DNA of 32,000 nt. Origin: Acaryochloris thomasi RCC1774 (lineage in GTDB: Bacteria; Cyanobacteriota; Cyanobacteriia; Thermosynechococcales; Thermosynechococcaceae). The notes under the pieces were generated by a model that was not told where the DNA came from, did not search any database, and saw only the letters and a program-made list of their open reading frames with translations. Every line of letters starts with the position of its first letter. The first letter of the stretch is position 1. The stretch covers positions 5,144 through 37,143 of the forward strand of contig NZ_PQWO01000034.1 of NCBI RefSeq assembly GCF_003231495.1. The letters are read 5' to 3'. Positions 9,315 to 18,318 of the stretch are shown piece after piece. A program made the translations under genes and the position numbers.

Positions 9315-9731
9315 CTACTTTGCTTTATCCGCTAAGACTTTGATCTTCGTGATCAGAGCAGTCTTCAGCTTTTCGTAGTCCGTCGCACTTCCTGAGGTAG
9401 GCTTCGGGAAGAAGTCTAGGGCACCCGCAGACATTAAATTGAAGATGTTATCGACATCATTACCGGGATGAACGGCATTGCTAACCACTAAAATCGGGCG
9501 AGGGAAGTCTGACATGACTTTTTTGGTGAACGCTAAACCATCCATTTTCGGCATTTGCAAATCGGTGCAGATTACATCTGGCTGAGTCTGAGCGATGACG
9601 GCCAACCCCTGTTCACCATCTTGAGCAGTGCCAACAACCTCCACCTCGGGGGCGGAATCAAGCAGGCGCTTCATAATTTCAAGGGCAACAGCAGAGTCTT
9701 CAATGAGGACAACTTTGATGGGATCAGCCAT
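9315..9731 (-). CDS. cheY: stand-alone CheY-like receiver, paralogous to the CheB N-terminal domain
   Basis: 138 aa. E11-D12, D57 (CTDLQMPKMDG), S84 and K110 (FFPKP) are all intact. The ATG lies 2 nt after the cheA stop, with AGGAG upstream. Confidence 0.9.
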   Translation of the reverse strand: MADPIKVVLIEDSAVALEIMKRLLDSAPEVEVVGTAQDGEQGLAVIAQTQPDVICTDLQMPKMDGLAFTKKVMSDFPRPILVVSNAVHPGNDVDNIFNLMSAGALDFFPKPTSGSATDYEKLKTALITKIKVLADKAK

Positions 9732-9733
9732 GA

Positions 9734-12142
9734 CTAAATTAATCTCCTGAGGGTATCTAAAAGTAACGTTTGGTCAAAATCGCCTTTGCTGATGTAGGCA
9801 CTAGCCCCAGCATCAGCTCCACGCCGCCGATCTTCGTCTTTCGCCAGTGTGGAAACAAGGACAATCGGTAGCTCTTCATATTCGTCTTGCTGACGAATGC
9901 GGCTGGTCAGCTCTAATCCAGTCAGATTAGGCATCTCAATATCAGAAACCACGGCATCAAAGGTGTCGAGGCTCAATTTCTCGAAACCATCAAGACCGTC
10001 CACTGCAGCCGTCACATCGTACCCGGCGCCCTTAAGAATACGAGAGACTTGCGTACGAATTGGTATCGAGTCTTCCACCAGCAGAACCTTGGGCTTGGTG
10101 ATCTCCATTCGTGCTGCAGGCAGGATGGCGTTGCCTCCCACCGAGCGAATCAAGTCCTGAGGGTTGAGGACCATGCAAATCTCACCATTGCCGAGAATCG
10201 TGGCTCCAGTGATATTGCGAATTCGCTTCAGGAGCTTGCTTTGCGGCTTAAGAACAATATCTTGTTGCTCTAGTAGGTCATCCACCAATAGGCCTAACTG
10301 TTCTGAGCCGACCTTAAGAACGACGCAGGGCAGATGAGTTGCACTGCTAGAACTACCCGCTGAGGCAGTCGGTAGTTCTAGCAGATCAGAAAGCCAAGCA
10401 AGGGAAAGAGGAGAGTCCTGAAAGGTTATGGTTGGGCTACCATCAATGGTAAAGATATCCTGACGTTGAATGCGGATCATGGTGTTCACAGATTCCACTG
10501 GAATTGCGTAGGAGGTCTGAGCCACCGTCACAATTAGAGCATAGGTGGTATTCAAATTCGTCCCAAGAATGAACCGGAATGTACAGCCCTGCTCCGGCGT
10601 AGAAGTTACCTGAATCGAGCCTTTGAGGCGCTCCACATTGGCGCGCACAACATCTAACCCAACGCCTCGACCGGACAGCTCTGTTACAGTGGTACGCGTA
10701 GAAAATCCCGGCTCAAAAATCAAGGACTGAATCTGCTCCATTGACATCCGCTCTAGCTCAGCTTCACTGTGAAGGCCTCGACGAATGGCGGTGCGCTTAA
10801 TTTTCCCCAGGTCTAGGCCGCGTCCATCATCTACTAACTCAATGCAGATGCTGCTGCCCATTTGATACCCTCGCAATCTCAAGGTCGCTTGGGAGGGTTT
10901 GTCGGCAGCGAGACGATCGCCTAGGGATTCAATGCCGTGATCAATGGCGTTGCGAATCAGGTGGGTAAGCGGAGCCTTCATTTCTTCTAAAATTCGCTTG
11001 TCCGCTAGCGTGTCGCCGCCCTCGATCACAAAATCAATCTCTTTTCCCTGCTCCTTAGATAAATCCCGCACGAGGCGTGGAAAGAGGTTAAAGACACTAG
11101 AAAGAGGCAGCATCCGCAGCTTCAGGATGCCGGATTCCAGTTCGTTTGAAACTGTCTCTAGCCGGGCGGTATCGGCAGAAGCTGTGCTGCGGAGCTGTTG
11201 TAGTAAATCACCAAGTAGATCAAGATGGTGCTCATGTTGCTGATGTGATTTCTGCAACGGTGCCAATAGATCGGGATCAACTTGTTGCGCCAAAGTGTCG
11301 AGAGCTGTGCGCTGCTCTGTATTTCCTCGAGACCAAACTTCCCAAAGGTTAAGAATCTCAGTCATGTCATCCATCCGGCGAGCAATTCGCAGTTTGGTGA
11401 CTGCTAGCTCACTGGCCTGGGTCATGAGTTGATCAAGTTTGGGGGCCGCGACCCGCACCGTATCGATCTGGTAGGATTCTTCTGGCTTTTCAGGTTCTGT
11501 AGGCAGTGAGGGCGGCTCTGGTGATTCAGCTTTAGAGACTGGCTGAGTATGGCTATTAGAGTTTTTAGGAGCAATACCACTCAATTCGGCCGCAAGCTCT
11601 GGATCAAGCATCGAGAGATCTAGTCCGGCGGCGACGAAGGGTTGCTCGGATGCCGATTCGTCAGGTTCTGAGAGTATCAGATCCTGCTCTTCATCAAAAT
11701 CGAAGATGTCAGCACCCGTATTCTCAGAAATTGCTGGCTCGTCAACGAATGACTCAGGGACATCATCGACCCCCATCAATTGGGCTAAGACGTGAAGAGT
11801 GTTGACCCCCGAAGGCTCGTTTGTAACAGCTTCGTGGGCGACTTTTTTGAGGGCATCAAGACCTTTATAAATGCGATCAAAAAACTCCGCCGAAACTGTT
11901 TGCTCACCTTTCTCCACTGCAATCAGCAGTTCTTCAATCTGGTGCATCAGCGTCTCGGCATCTTGCACCCCTAACATCCGCGAGTCTCCCTTGAGAGAAT
12001 GGGCCTCGCGCAGAAGCTCCTGCAGTTGGCTCGCGTCGTCAGGGTGCTTTTCGAGGTGCAGCACACCGTTTTCTAGTTTGTCTAAATGCTCCCGACTGGC
12101 ATCTCGGTAAAGAGCGCGCAGTTCTTCATCTTCGATGAACAT
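9734..12142 (-). CDS. cheA: hybrid CheA histidine kinase (Hpt - acidic linker - dimerisation/HATPase - CheW-like - receiver)
   Basis: Hpt motif EAHSLKGDS; N box HLIRNAIDHG; G1 DDGRGLD; G2 SGRGVGLDVV. CheW-like segment present. The C-terminal REC has ED, D (VVSDIEMP), S/T and K (YISKGDF). Confidence 0.92.
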   Translation of the reverse strand: MFIEDEELRALYRDASREHLDKLENGVLHLEKHPDDASQLQELLREAHSLKGDSRMLGVQDAETLMHQIEELLIAVEKGEQTVSAEFFDRIYKGLDALKKVAHEAVTNEPSGVNTLHVLAQLMGVDDVPESFVDEPAISENTGADIFDFDEEQDLILSEPDESASEQPFVAAGLDLSMLDPELAAELSGIAPKNSNSHTQPVSKAESPEPPSLPTEPEKPEESYQIDTVRVAAPKLDQLMTQASELAVTKLRIARRMDDMTEILNLWEVWSRGNTEQRTALDTLAQQVDPDLLAPLQKSHQQHEHHLDLLGDLLQQLRSTASADTARLETVSNELESGILKLRMLPLSSVFNLFPRLVRDLSKEQGKEIDFVIEGGDTLADKRILEEMKAPLTHLIRNAIDHGIESLGDRLAADKPSQATLRLRGYQMGSSICIELVDDGRGLDLGKIKRTAIRRGLHSEAELERMSMEQIQSLIFEPGFSTRTTVTELSGRGVGLDVVRANVERLKGSIQVTSTPEQGCTFRFILGTNLNTTYALIVTVAQTSYAIPVESVNTMIRIQRQDIFTIDGSPTITFQDSPLSLAWLSDLLELPTASAGSSSSATHLPCVVLKVGSEQLGLLVDDLLEQQDIVLKPQSKLLKRIRNITGATILGNGEICMVLNPQDLIRSVGGNAILPAARMEITKPKVLLVEDSIPIRTQVSRILKGAGYDVTAAVDGLDGFEKLSLDTFDAVVSDIEMPNLTGLELTSRIRQQDEYEELPIVLVSTLAKDEDRRRGADAGASAYISKGDFDQTLLLDTLRRLI

Positions 12143-12225
12143 GGCTTTAATCTTGTGCTGAGGGCAATGGAGTGAAGAGGATGTTTAAGCAGTTCTGTGG
12201 TGAGTGGTTAACATTAGAGATCATT

Positions 12226-12248
12226 CCCCCTTGAGAAGGAAAGGGGGG
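12226..12248 (-). other. GC-rich hairpin in the MCP-cheA intergenic spacer
   Basis: CCCCCTT (12226-12232) pairs with AAGGGGG (12241-12247), with an 8-nt loop. No U-tract follows on the sense strand, so it is not a canonical terminator. Confidence 0.35.
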
Positions 12249-12302
12249 ATCTCCTCCACCAACTTATTCAAGCAAACTCTAAACAAAGGCGGTCAAAAAA
12301 GG

Positions 12303-13661
12303 TTAGACAGTGACCTGTAGTTTCTTCGCCACCTCCGTCAACTCCTCGGTGGAGGACTTCACTTGACTGACTACAGTTGCAGTTTCTTTGGCACCTAAGT
12401 TGATGGCATTCATCGCTGAGACTGCTTGCTGTACACCTACAGCTTGCTGCTTCGAGGTGAGGGCAATTTGTTGGCTGGCGATTGACACATCGTTGACTGC
12501 AGCGGCAATCTCTTGGAATAACGACAGAGTATCTTCGGTCAACTTAATACCGGCATCTGCGGTTTTATTGCCTTCATCAGTTACCATAACCGTGCTGTTA
12601 ATGGAGCCTTGAATTGTGCTCACCAAGGTACCAATTTTGTCTGCAGAACCCCGGCTTTGGTCCGCCAGTTTCCGAATTTCACCGGCAACCACTGCAAAAC
12701 CCTTACCCTGCTCTCCTGCTCGGGCCGCTTCCACAGCTGCGTTTAGGGCCAGCATATTGGTCTGATCTGCGACATCTCCCACCAGCTTCGAGACATTAGA
12801 AATCTGGTCGGTTTGTTCACTCAACTGCATGATCTTTTCAGCAATATCTCCCACCTTGGCTCGTAGGTTGGCAATTCCGTCTAGCGTTTCTTGCACCGTT
12901 TGGCGGCCACTTTCCGATAAATCGAGAGCCTGCTGGGCGCTTGCGGCAGAGGCACCTGCCTGCTGCGCAGCCTGCATCGAAGAAGCACCCAGTTCTTCAA
13001 CTGTCGTTGTCGTTTCATTCACAGAAGCCGTCTGATCAGATACAATTCGGCCTTGCTCTTCCACGGTGGCAGCGATTTGAGAAGAGCTACCCGCTACACT
13101 ACTGGCCGCTGTCTGCAGTGTGCTAGAAGCCCGCTGAATCGTCCAGAAAATAAACGCCAAAACTCCAAGATTCAATAACAAGATGGCGGCCTGAGCAATT
13201 TGAGTTTCACGGACCTGGGCAGCAGAGAATTCTTCTGCTGCAAATACGGCATCGTTGGTCAGCTCAAAGTAGGTTTCACTGTCAGCAATCAGCTTCGGTA
13301 AGATACTGGGATCTTGACGATAAGCGACAACCGTTTGCTTCAATTTTTGCCAAGCATCATTGACGACTGTAATTTTTTCTAGATATTGCGCATCTGTTGC
13401 TTTGGGTAGTTTTAGCTCTGAATTACCATTAATCAAACCCTCGACTAAGGTATCCAGTTTGGCAACGAGCTTGTCGTTCGGTTTACCATTTATTTCTAGC
13501 TTTACCAGTCGTTGGGTCGCACCCCGGACAATCCCGGACTTGTTGACGACACTACCATCCTGTACACCTGTCTGTACCTGAGCTAGCAAATAACCCGTTG
13601 TGCCGACTGCAAAGGTTGCTAGCCCGACGATGGTCCATTGTAGTTGATTGGTAATTTTCAT
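12303..13661 (-). CDS. methyl-accepting chemotaxis protein, PilJ-like periplasmic sensor, no HAMP
   Basis: Two TM segments (res 10-30 and 158-175). The periplasmic segment has [13 protein letters not shown]. The signalling hairpin tip is [32 protein letters not shown]. Only about 10 residues lie between TM2 and the coiled coil. Confidence 0.92.
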   Translation of the reverse strand: MKITNQLQWTIVGLATFAVGTTGYLLAQVQTGVQDGSVVNKSGIVRGATQRLVKLEINGKPNDKLVAKLDTLVEGLINGNSELKLPKATDAQYLEKITVVNDAWQKLKQTVVAYRQDPSILPKLIADSETYFELTNDAVFAAEEFSAAQVRETQIAQAAILLLNLGVLAFIFWTIQRASSTLQTAASSVAGSSSQIAATVEEQGRIVSDQTASVNETTTTVEELGASSMQAAQQAGASAASAQQALDLSESGRQTVQETLDGIANLRAKVGDIAEKIMQLSEQTDQISNVSKLVGDVADQTNMLALNAAVEAARAGEQGKGFAVVAGEIRKLADQSRGSADKIGTLVSTIQGSINSTVMVTDEGNKTADAGIKLTEDTLSLFQEIAAAVNDVSIASQQIALTSKQQAVGVQQAVSAMNAINLGAKETATVVSQVKSSTEELTEVAKKLQVTV

Positions 13662-13722
13662 TGCGTTGCTCCTGTTTGGAATTGGGGTTTGAGGTTACGA
13701 AAAAGGTTTGAAGGATCAGATG

Positions 13723-14835
13723 CTAAGCAGCTTGGTCAACCGTTAGTTGAGCGTTGGAAAAAAGAGCGGACAAATTAAGAATGCTCAAAGTCTTGTCGTT
13801 GTAACGGGCCGTGCCCTGAAAATGCCTCTGGTGGCTTGCAGAGCTAGCTAGCGGGATAGCTGAAATGTCAGTTGGAGAGAGAGACATCACATCAAAAACG
13901 GCATCCACGGGAATACCAGCAATGATGTCGTCAACCTCTACAACAATGGCCTTTGCTGACGGGGCTGCGGCAGGAGCCTGCGTTAACACCGTGCGGAGAT
14001 CCACCAGCGTCATCACTTCACCACGCAAATTCATGTTGCCTACAATGTGTGGAGGACAGCAGGGGATGGGAGTGACCTGCTGCACATTGATAAACTCACG
14101 CACCCTGTCTAACTCCAGCGCGAAGTAATTCTCACCTAAACCAACCACAGCCAAGGAAACCTGATCATTGCTTTCACCCTCTTCCAGGGGTGGCCGCAGA
14201 GCATCCGCGCGTTGCCGAAAGATTGCTCGCTCGGCTGGCGTTACGTTTTGACAGTACAGCTCGTAAAAGTTGCTACCGCTCCGTTCTGAAGTAACACTGG
14301 TCTGCCACTGAGCCTCTGGAGCGGTCTCGGTATTTGACTCAGAAAGTTCAGCCTCCCAGATCATCATGGCAACATCATCGGCCTGCCGAATCAAGGTCTC
14401 AGGGTTGAGTAGAACCACCAGATCAGCCTCTACCTTGGCAACCCCGGCGACAAACGCAGTATTTATCTGCTGCAGTCTGCCGTAATCTGGAGCAGCCTCA
14501 TGATCTGTAGCTGCGATCGTCTGAACATCCAATACCTGATGAACCACGAGGCCCACCTGTATTCCCTGCCACTCAATCACAATGATGCTGTCGCTGAGCT
14601 GGCAGGGCAGCATGGACTGCCCAAGACGCAAGTCTAAGTGCATCACTGGGAGCAGCTTCCCGCGCCAGTTGAGGCTACCGATGATGTCCTTTGGAGCATC
14701 AGCTATGGGCTGGAGTTCAGGCAGATGGAAGATTTCTCGTACCCGAGAAGCTTCAACGCCATAGAGTGAATCACTGTGGCGAAATATTAAGTAGGATTGA
14801 TTGTCTGTATCCATGGGTCTAAGCCTTTCCAGCAA
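13723..14835 (-). CDS. cheW: tandem CheW-domain coupling protein
   Basis: 370 aa with two CheW-like units (YLIFRHSDSLYGVEASRVREI... and YFALELDRVREFINVQQVTPIP...NLRGEVMTLVDLR) joined by an acidic linker. Confidence 0.88.
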   Translation of the reverse strand: MLERLRPMDTDNQSYLIFRHSDSLYGVEASRVREIFHLPELQPIADAPKDIIGSLNWRGKLLPVMHLDLRLGQSMLPCQLSDSIIVIEWQGIQVGLVVHQVLDVQTIAATDHEAAPDYGRLQQINTAFVAGVAKVEADLVVLLNPETLIRQADDVAMMIWEAELSESNTETAPEAQWQTSVTSERSGSNFYELYCQNVTPAERAIFRQRADALRPPLEEGESNDQVSLAVVGLGENYFALELDRVREFINVQQVTPIPCCPPHIVGNMNLRGEVMTLVDLRTVLTQAPAAAPSAKAIVVEVDDIIAGIPVDAVFDVMSLSPTDISAIPLASSASHQRHFQGTARYNDKTLSILNLSALFSNAQLTVDQAA

Positions 14836-14887
14836 AAGTTATCGGCGTGGGCCGTAAAATGAATGACAGTAAACGAGATCGCTAATT

Positions 14888-16021
14888 TCAGACCTTCACT
14901 GCGGTTGATACGTTTTTATCGAGCACCTCAAGCAATTTTTTCTGAGAGATGGGCTTGGTGAGATAATGGGTAGCACCCGCCATCTGTCCCTTAAGTTTGT
15001 CGAACATGCCATCCTTGGCCGTCAGCATTACGATCGGCAAGCTCTGGAACTTACCAAGGCTGCGAATGGTGCGGCACAGTTCTAGGCCGTCAATGTCGGG
15101 CATGGTGACATCCAACAAGATCAGCGACACATCTCTGCGATTGAGGATGTTGAGGGCATCCACTGCGTTGTCGGCCAGTAGCACCTGATAGCGATCGCCA
15201 ATAGCTCGCTTAATCAGGGTTTGCACCACTGGACTGTCATCAACGCTGAGGATAGTGGACTGCTGTGATGCTGCAGACTGAGATGCCTTTTGAGCTATCA
15301 CCTCTGGGCTGTCACAGGTTAACCAGCCCTTTTTACCCCATTGGTAATAGACATGGGCTAATCTCAGTGGATCTTTCTCCATTGCAACCGCAATATCCAC
15401 CAGCGAGTTTTGGCCGTCCACCCACTTTCGTAAATGTTCCGCAACAGAGGCCTCAGCTTGATTGATGTTTAAAGGCTGAGGGACGGACTCAAGGGACGGA
15501 ATGATAGGGGCCAACGCAGACCACTGCTGCTGACGCTGGGTGTAGACTGACAGCAGCGAGTCCCAGCAAAATCCTTGCTGGGACTCGCTGCAGTGGAGGT
15601 CAAACGATCTCTCAACGTTTTGGTTAATCGTTCCTTGGTAGGGAATGAGCTGCTCAAGAACCGCTAAGATTCTTGTTTGCATGAATGCTTGAATATCTTC
15701 CCACTTAAATAATTCAAGGCGAACCAGTAGTTCAAAGTATTCTTGAATTGAGCTGTGATTCTTTGACTTTTTATTCGCCAACTTAATCGCAGAATCCATT
15801 ACCTTAAGCTTGAGCTGATGACCCAATAAAATCGCAAGGTCTTGAGCCGTGATCAGATCTACCCCAGCATAAGTCATCCATCCCTGATGGAAAGCGATTA
15901 CCCGTTTTCTGAGCTGCGTCTGTTGTGGAACTTTAGCCTGGACTGCAATGACACCGCTAAATTTATGACTTCTAAAGCTATTAATAAAATACGGCAGTTG
16001 TTTTGACTTAAATTGTTGCAT
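14888..16021 (-). CDS. PatA/PixG-type response regulator (N-terminal PATAN/DUF4388-like domain + receiver)
   Basis: The C-terminal REC has DD (LSVDDSP), D (LILLDVTMPDIDG), T (VMLTAK) and K (YLTKP). The roughly 240-aa N-terminal domain (FSGVIAVQA...FHQGWMTYAG) is of the type seen in cyanobacterial PatA-family regulators. Confidence 0.85.
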   Translation of the reverse strand: MQQFKSKQLPYFINSFRSHKFSGVIAVQAKVPQQTQLRKRVIAFHQGWMTYAGVDLITAQDLAILLGHQLKLKVMDSAIKLANKKSKNHSSIQEYFELLVRLELFKWEDIQAFMQTRILAVLEQLIPYQGTINQNVERSFDLHCSESQQGFCWDSLLSVYTQRQQQWSALAPIIPSLESVPQPLNINQAEASVAEHLRKWVDGQNSLVDIAVAMEKDPLRLAHVYYQWGKKGWLTCDSPEVIAQKASQSAASQQSTILSVDDSPVVQTLIKRAIGDRYQVLLADNAVDALNILNRRDVSLILLDVTMPDIDGLELCRTIRSLGKFQSLPIVMLTAKDGMFDKLKGQMAGATHYLTKPISQKKLLEVLDKNVSTAVKV

Positions 16022-16439
16022 TTTCTCTACCTCAACTTAAATAATAAGTTTGTCTGATTCTTCACAAAGACAGTCAAAACCTTGAAAAAGGTTTTTTGCT
16101 TATTATTTAATAATATTAACTATCAAGCCTCTAATTCTTTGATTTAAACACCAAAAAGCTAGATATTGTTGCTGATAACTATCTTTCCCAAAATGAAACT
16201 TGATAATCACAGTCTCATAGTTTCCCCTAATGAAGGTAAGTTTGCCATTTCCAATTTAATGAAGCGCTACTAGATGAGGCAGGATTGCATGTTCCTCTTG
16301 GTCTCTATAATTAATGTGCCCATGTAAGAGAACAAGTCTTACTCCAAGACAATCGTAGATTTTTACTTATCGTCTATTTATACGATCGGGCTGCATTGCC
16401 GAGTACCTTGTTGTCATCAATACCTTTCTATTAATTTTC

Positions 16440-16511
16440 TCAAGACCTCCCTATTGTGTTCTTCAATGCATTTCCATGGATTTCTTCAATACTTCTATAG
16501 AGAGGTCTTGA
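16440..16511. repeat. 10-bp perfect inverted repeat with internal TTCTTCAAT direct repeats, just downstream of cheR
   Basis: TCAAGACCTC (16440-16449) and GAGGTCTTGA (16502-16511). TTCTTCAAT occurs twice between the two arms. Confidence 0.5.
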
Positions 16512-16540
16512 AGGACTGCGATACATTGACAGGCTGTTTT

Positions 16541-17953
16541 TCAACTTGCTTGCAGCAGGCATTGACGGAGCTGCATTAATAACTCACCTGCGGTGACCTG
16601 ACCACGATATTCAATCCAGGTTTTAGGCGGTAGCTTTTCTAGCAGTTCCTGAGCAGTGTGGTACATCTTTGTAGCTCTATTTCTTTGGGTATCTTGAGCA
16701 TAGATAGCTCCCAACTCAAAGTAGGCTGGAATATGGGTTGGCTGAAGATAGAGAATTTTTTTGAGGATTGTCTTGGCTTGTTTGTAATCACCCCTCTTCT
16801 GAACGATCTGGGCCATCAAATACAAAGAAGATAGTGATTCCCCGTCAACAAGCAGTGCAGCCAGACAACAATTCATAGCCTGTTCTAGGTTTCCCCGCTG
16901 CCAATGAGATTGAGCAAGTAGATGTTGGGCAGCCCGATCCGTCGTTGAGTTTGAAGTTACCTCATACTGAATCGCCAGGGGTGCTTTGGGCTGAAGTGTT
17001 GAGCTAGGAGAAGTCTCAACTGACCGAGAGAGAGGCTTGGACCGCGGTTCGGCTGTCGCTACAGATTGGGGGCGATAGGCCATTGAGCCTGAAAAACTCA
17101 GTACTTGAAATTGCTGCAGATTCTGGTTGTAAAGCTCAGCATGGCCTGTAATCAGGTAGCCCTTAGGATTTAATGCTGAATGAAGCTTCCTGAGGATTGT
17201 AGCGATCGCATCTGCTTCAAAATAGATGAACATATTGCGGCAGATGATCAAATGCATGGAGCTGAGCAGGTTGTTAGGCACCGGATCGGCCAGCAAATTC
17301 CCTCTGCGAAACGTTACCCGCTCCCGAATGTGGTCATGAATCTGCCAGTTCGCTGACACAGGGCGGAAGTAAAGAGACTTGAGTTGCGGCTCGGTTTGGC
17401 GGAAGGACCAGTTTCGATATAAACCCTGTCGAGCCTTATTAAGCGCCGCCGGATTCAGGTCTGTTCCCAGGATAGAAATCTGCCATCGAGGTAAATCGGG
17501 GATGAGCTCTTGAAGCAGAATCGCTAGCGAATAAGGTTCTTCTCCTGAAGAGCAGCCTGCGCTCCAGAGATTGAGCGTGGGCTGGGGAATTGAACCTGCA
17601 GTATAGGCCTGTCGCTGCTGAGCAATGAGGTCGGGAAGGATGTGCTCTCGCAAAACTTGAAATTGGCCATGATCGCGGAAAAAGTAGCTCTCGCCAATGG
17701 TGACTAACTCAAGAAAATAGTCCCATTCGCGTTTGGCTTCGGATTCGGACTCCGCAAAGGATTTTAATCCGGAAGTCAGATGTTGATAATAAGCCTGGGG
17801 ACTTTCCACGTTGATGAATTGAATCCGATGCATAATATTGTCAGACAGGGTAACCCAGTCCTGAGATCGCAGCCGGATACCAGTTTGGCTCTGGATTAGG
17901 TCTAGAAATTTCTGCCGCAGTGCTGCCTCAATCATAAGATGTCCGATTTTCAC
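16541..17953 (-). CDS. cheR: CheR methyltransferase with C-terminal TPR repeats
   Basis: SAM-binding motif LWSAGCSSGEEPYSLAILL; CheR all-alpha N-domain; C-terminal TPR-like helices (GNLEQAMNCCLAAL..., GDYKQAKTILKKILYLQP...). GTG at 17953, ATG at 17935. Confidence 0.9.
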   Translation of the reverse strand: MKIGHLMIEAALRQKFLDLIQSQTGIRLRSQDWVTLSDNIMHRIQFINVESPQAYYQHLTSGLKSFAESESEAKREWDYFLELVTIGESYFFRDHGQFQVLREHILPDLIAQQRQAYTAGSIPQPTLNLWSAGCSSGEEPYSLAILLQELIPDLPRWQISILGTDLNPAALNKARQGLYRNWSFRQTEPQLKSLYFRPVSANWQIHDHIRERVTFRRGNLLADPVPNNLLSSMHLIICRNMFIYFEADAIATILRKLHSALNPKGYLITGHAELYNQNLQQFQVLSFSGSMAYRPQSVATAEPRSKPLSRSVETSPSSTLQPKAPLAIQYEVTSNSTTDRAAQHLLAQSHWQRGNLEQAMNCCLAALLVDGESLSSLYLMAQIVQKRGDYKQAKTILKKILYLQPTHIPAYFELGAIYAQDTQRNRATKMYHTAQELLEKLPPKTWIEYRGQVTAGELLMQLRQCLLQAS

Positions 17954-18077
17954 CCCGCAACTGTATAGTACCCAAGGCCTATGTGATTGAATCAGTGGCC
18001 CTTTGCTGGATCTCTTCCAGTGGTAAAGCCGGTAAGCCAGTGATTGAAGTTCACTATGAGTGCTGTAGCATTCCTTT

Positions 18078-18167
18078 CAGTACAAGGTGGCTTTGTTGTC
18101 TCTTCAATTGCTACCCTAAAAGCTAGACTCGGTCACAACTCATCATAGAGACAACAAAGCCGTACTG
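18078..18167. repeat. long inverted repeat / potential structured RNA in the cheR-upstream intergenic region
   Basis: GGCTTTGTTGTCTCT (18089-18103) is perfectly complementary to AGAGACAACAAAGCC (18147-18161). The stem is extended by CAGTAC/GTACTG across a 5-nt bulge. The loop is 43 nt. Confidence 0.6.
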
Positions 18168-18318
18168 AATTGTTCTGATCTCTGAGTGTTGCAGGTTGCT
18201 TGCTCCATCCTAACCACGCCATGCAAGGGACACTCGTATTAAGATGTCAGTAGTGCATATTCACATTTATACTCGCGCCCCTGATAGCTGAGCTGTCATG
18301 TTGCTAAGCAGTGGATAA

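Noticed and set aside
9897-15188. Numerous 60-100-aa plus-strand ORFs inside cheA, MCP, cheW and the PATAN-RR (for example 9897..10160, 10944..11243, 12388..12612, 13865..14128, 14997..15188)
   Set aside because: All are antisense to long ORFs with unambiguous chemotaxis-family motifs. They are Ser/Arg/Cys-rich, which is typical of shadow frames.
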